Positions 62,858-64,000 of a DNA stretch of 64,000 nt are shown here, in pieces (the first letter of the stretch is position 1; each line of letters opens with the position of its first letter). A program made the translations under genes and the position numbers. A model generated the notes under the pieces. The model was given only the letters and a program-made list of their open reading frames with translations. It had not been told where the DNA came from and did no database searches. This DNA is from Mobula hypostoma. Its lineage: Eukaryota. The stretch spans positions 30,320,001 to 30,384,000 of the forward strand of contig NC_086097.1 of assembly GCF_963921235.1 (NCBI RefSeq), written 5' to 3'.

Positions 62858-63422
62858 CGCTGGGGGAACACAGCAGGTCAGGCAGCATCTATGGAAAGGA
62901 ATAAACAGTCGATGCTGTGGGCCGCGACCCTTCATCAGAACTGGGAAGGAAAAGGGAAGGAGACAGAATAAGACGTTGGAGGAAGGAGAAGGAGTACGAG
63001 CTAGAAGGTGATAGGTGAAGCCAGGTAAGTGGATGGGGCATGGGGGGATGAAATGAGAAGCTGGGAAGTGATAGGTGGAAAAGGTAAATGGGTGAGGAAG
63101 GAGGAATCTGATAGGAGAGTGGACCGTGGGAGAAAGGGGAAGAGGAGGGGCATCAAAGGGAGGTGATGGGCAAGTGAAGAGGAGAGAAGAAGAAAGAAGG
63201 GGAGCCAGAATGGGGAATGGAAGCCGGGGGTTGGGGGGGAGAGAAGTTACCAGAAGTTAGAGAAATCGATATTGATGCCATCAAGTTGGAAGCTACCCAG
63301 CCAGAATATGAGGTGTTGCTCCTCCAACCTGAGAGTGGCCTCATTCTGGCAGTAGAGCACCCTCCAGCACTCTGTGTGTGCGACTCTGGATTCCCAGCAG
63401 CCGCAGAATCCCTGGTGTTTAT
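62858..63422 (-). mobile_element. Penelope-like 3' fragment with decayed hammerhead and short inverted terminal piece
   Basis: EATLRLEEQHLIFWLGSFQLDGINIDFSNF; CTGATGA core at about 62932-62938 (minus) with the GAAA mutated. Confidence 0.82.
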
Positions 63423-63774
63423 AATATCTCCATGTTTGCCTACGGTAAACAGTGTATCTGTGTGGCAACGTCAGCAGTGAGGCTGGTCCAGAGAGGATCT
63501 GAGCAGTCTAGTGAAGGAGTGAAGACACGCCACAGCGACCGTCACGTGGGGTAATGGCAGGTCATCGCTTCAGCAGAGAATTCGCGGAGTACTTTGTGAA
63601 TGGTGAAGGGTTCAGAGGGAGCTGACAGGTTGCATCATGGTCAGGTACAGCAATACGGATGTTCAGGAACCTGAGAGGCTGCAGAGGTTAGTGACTCAAG
63701 CCAGTACTTCATAGGTGAGAAGAGGTTAAAGGTCAGAGGAAGGCCGAGGGGGAAGTTTGTTCATCCGAAGGAGA

Positions 63775-63900
63775 GATCGATGTCCATGCCATCAGGTTGG
63801 AGGCTACCTGGATGGAATATGAGGTGCTGTTCCTTCAACCCAAGTGTGGCCTCATCTTGGCACAGGAGGAGGCCATGGATCGACATGTCGGAATGGGAAT
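63775..63900 (-). mobile_element. Penelope-like GIY-YIG C-terminal scrap
   Basis: Homologous to 2590-2710. Confidence 0.75.
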
Positions 63901-64000
63901 GTTTTGATTTGTTCTATGTGAATTCTCTTGTAAAAACTGTGAATAATTTATGCTTAACGAATGTTTTTCTTCTGAATGCTTTTATCTGATGCTCTGCACC

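Overview
Vertebrate genomic DNA that is almost entirely repeat-derived. The element mix (CR1, Rex1/Babar, Penelope-like, V-SINE-like, L1/Tx1, RTE, Tc1, hAT) suggests a cartilaginous fish, probably a ray; this is inferred from repeat content only. No intact host protein-coding gene was found, and nearly all tracked ORFs are LINE fragments, antisense LINE readings or tandem-repeat artefacts. Main structures: (i) a G-rich 45-50 bp minisatellite (about 23.7-39.5 kb) with higher-order organisation, split by an 8.6-kb nested stack of retrotransposons; (ii) several Penelope-like termini with minimal hammerhead-ribozyme motifs, including short palindromic insertions with target-site duplications (TSDs) and a recurrent A6C core variant; (iii) an internally deleted hAT element with terminal inverted repeats (TIRs) and an 8-bp TSD, carrying a fragment very similar to mammalian MER2/Tigger3; (iv) a near-identical inverted copy of a SINE/CR1 junction block 34 kb away; (v) candidate non-coding minus-strand exons near 16.1-16.8 kb and 50 kb. 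I found no clearly new biological system. The ribozyme-bearing mini-elements, the MER2-like fragment and the satellite architecture are the best leads. Family names come from recalled motifs, not database searches, and fragment boundaries are approximate unless a TSD is given.
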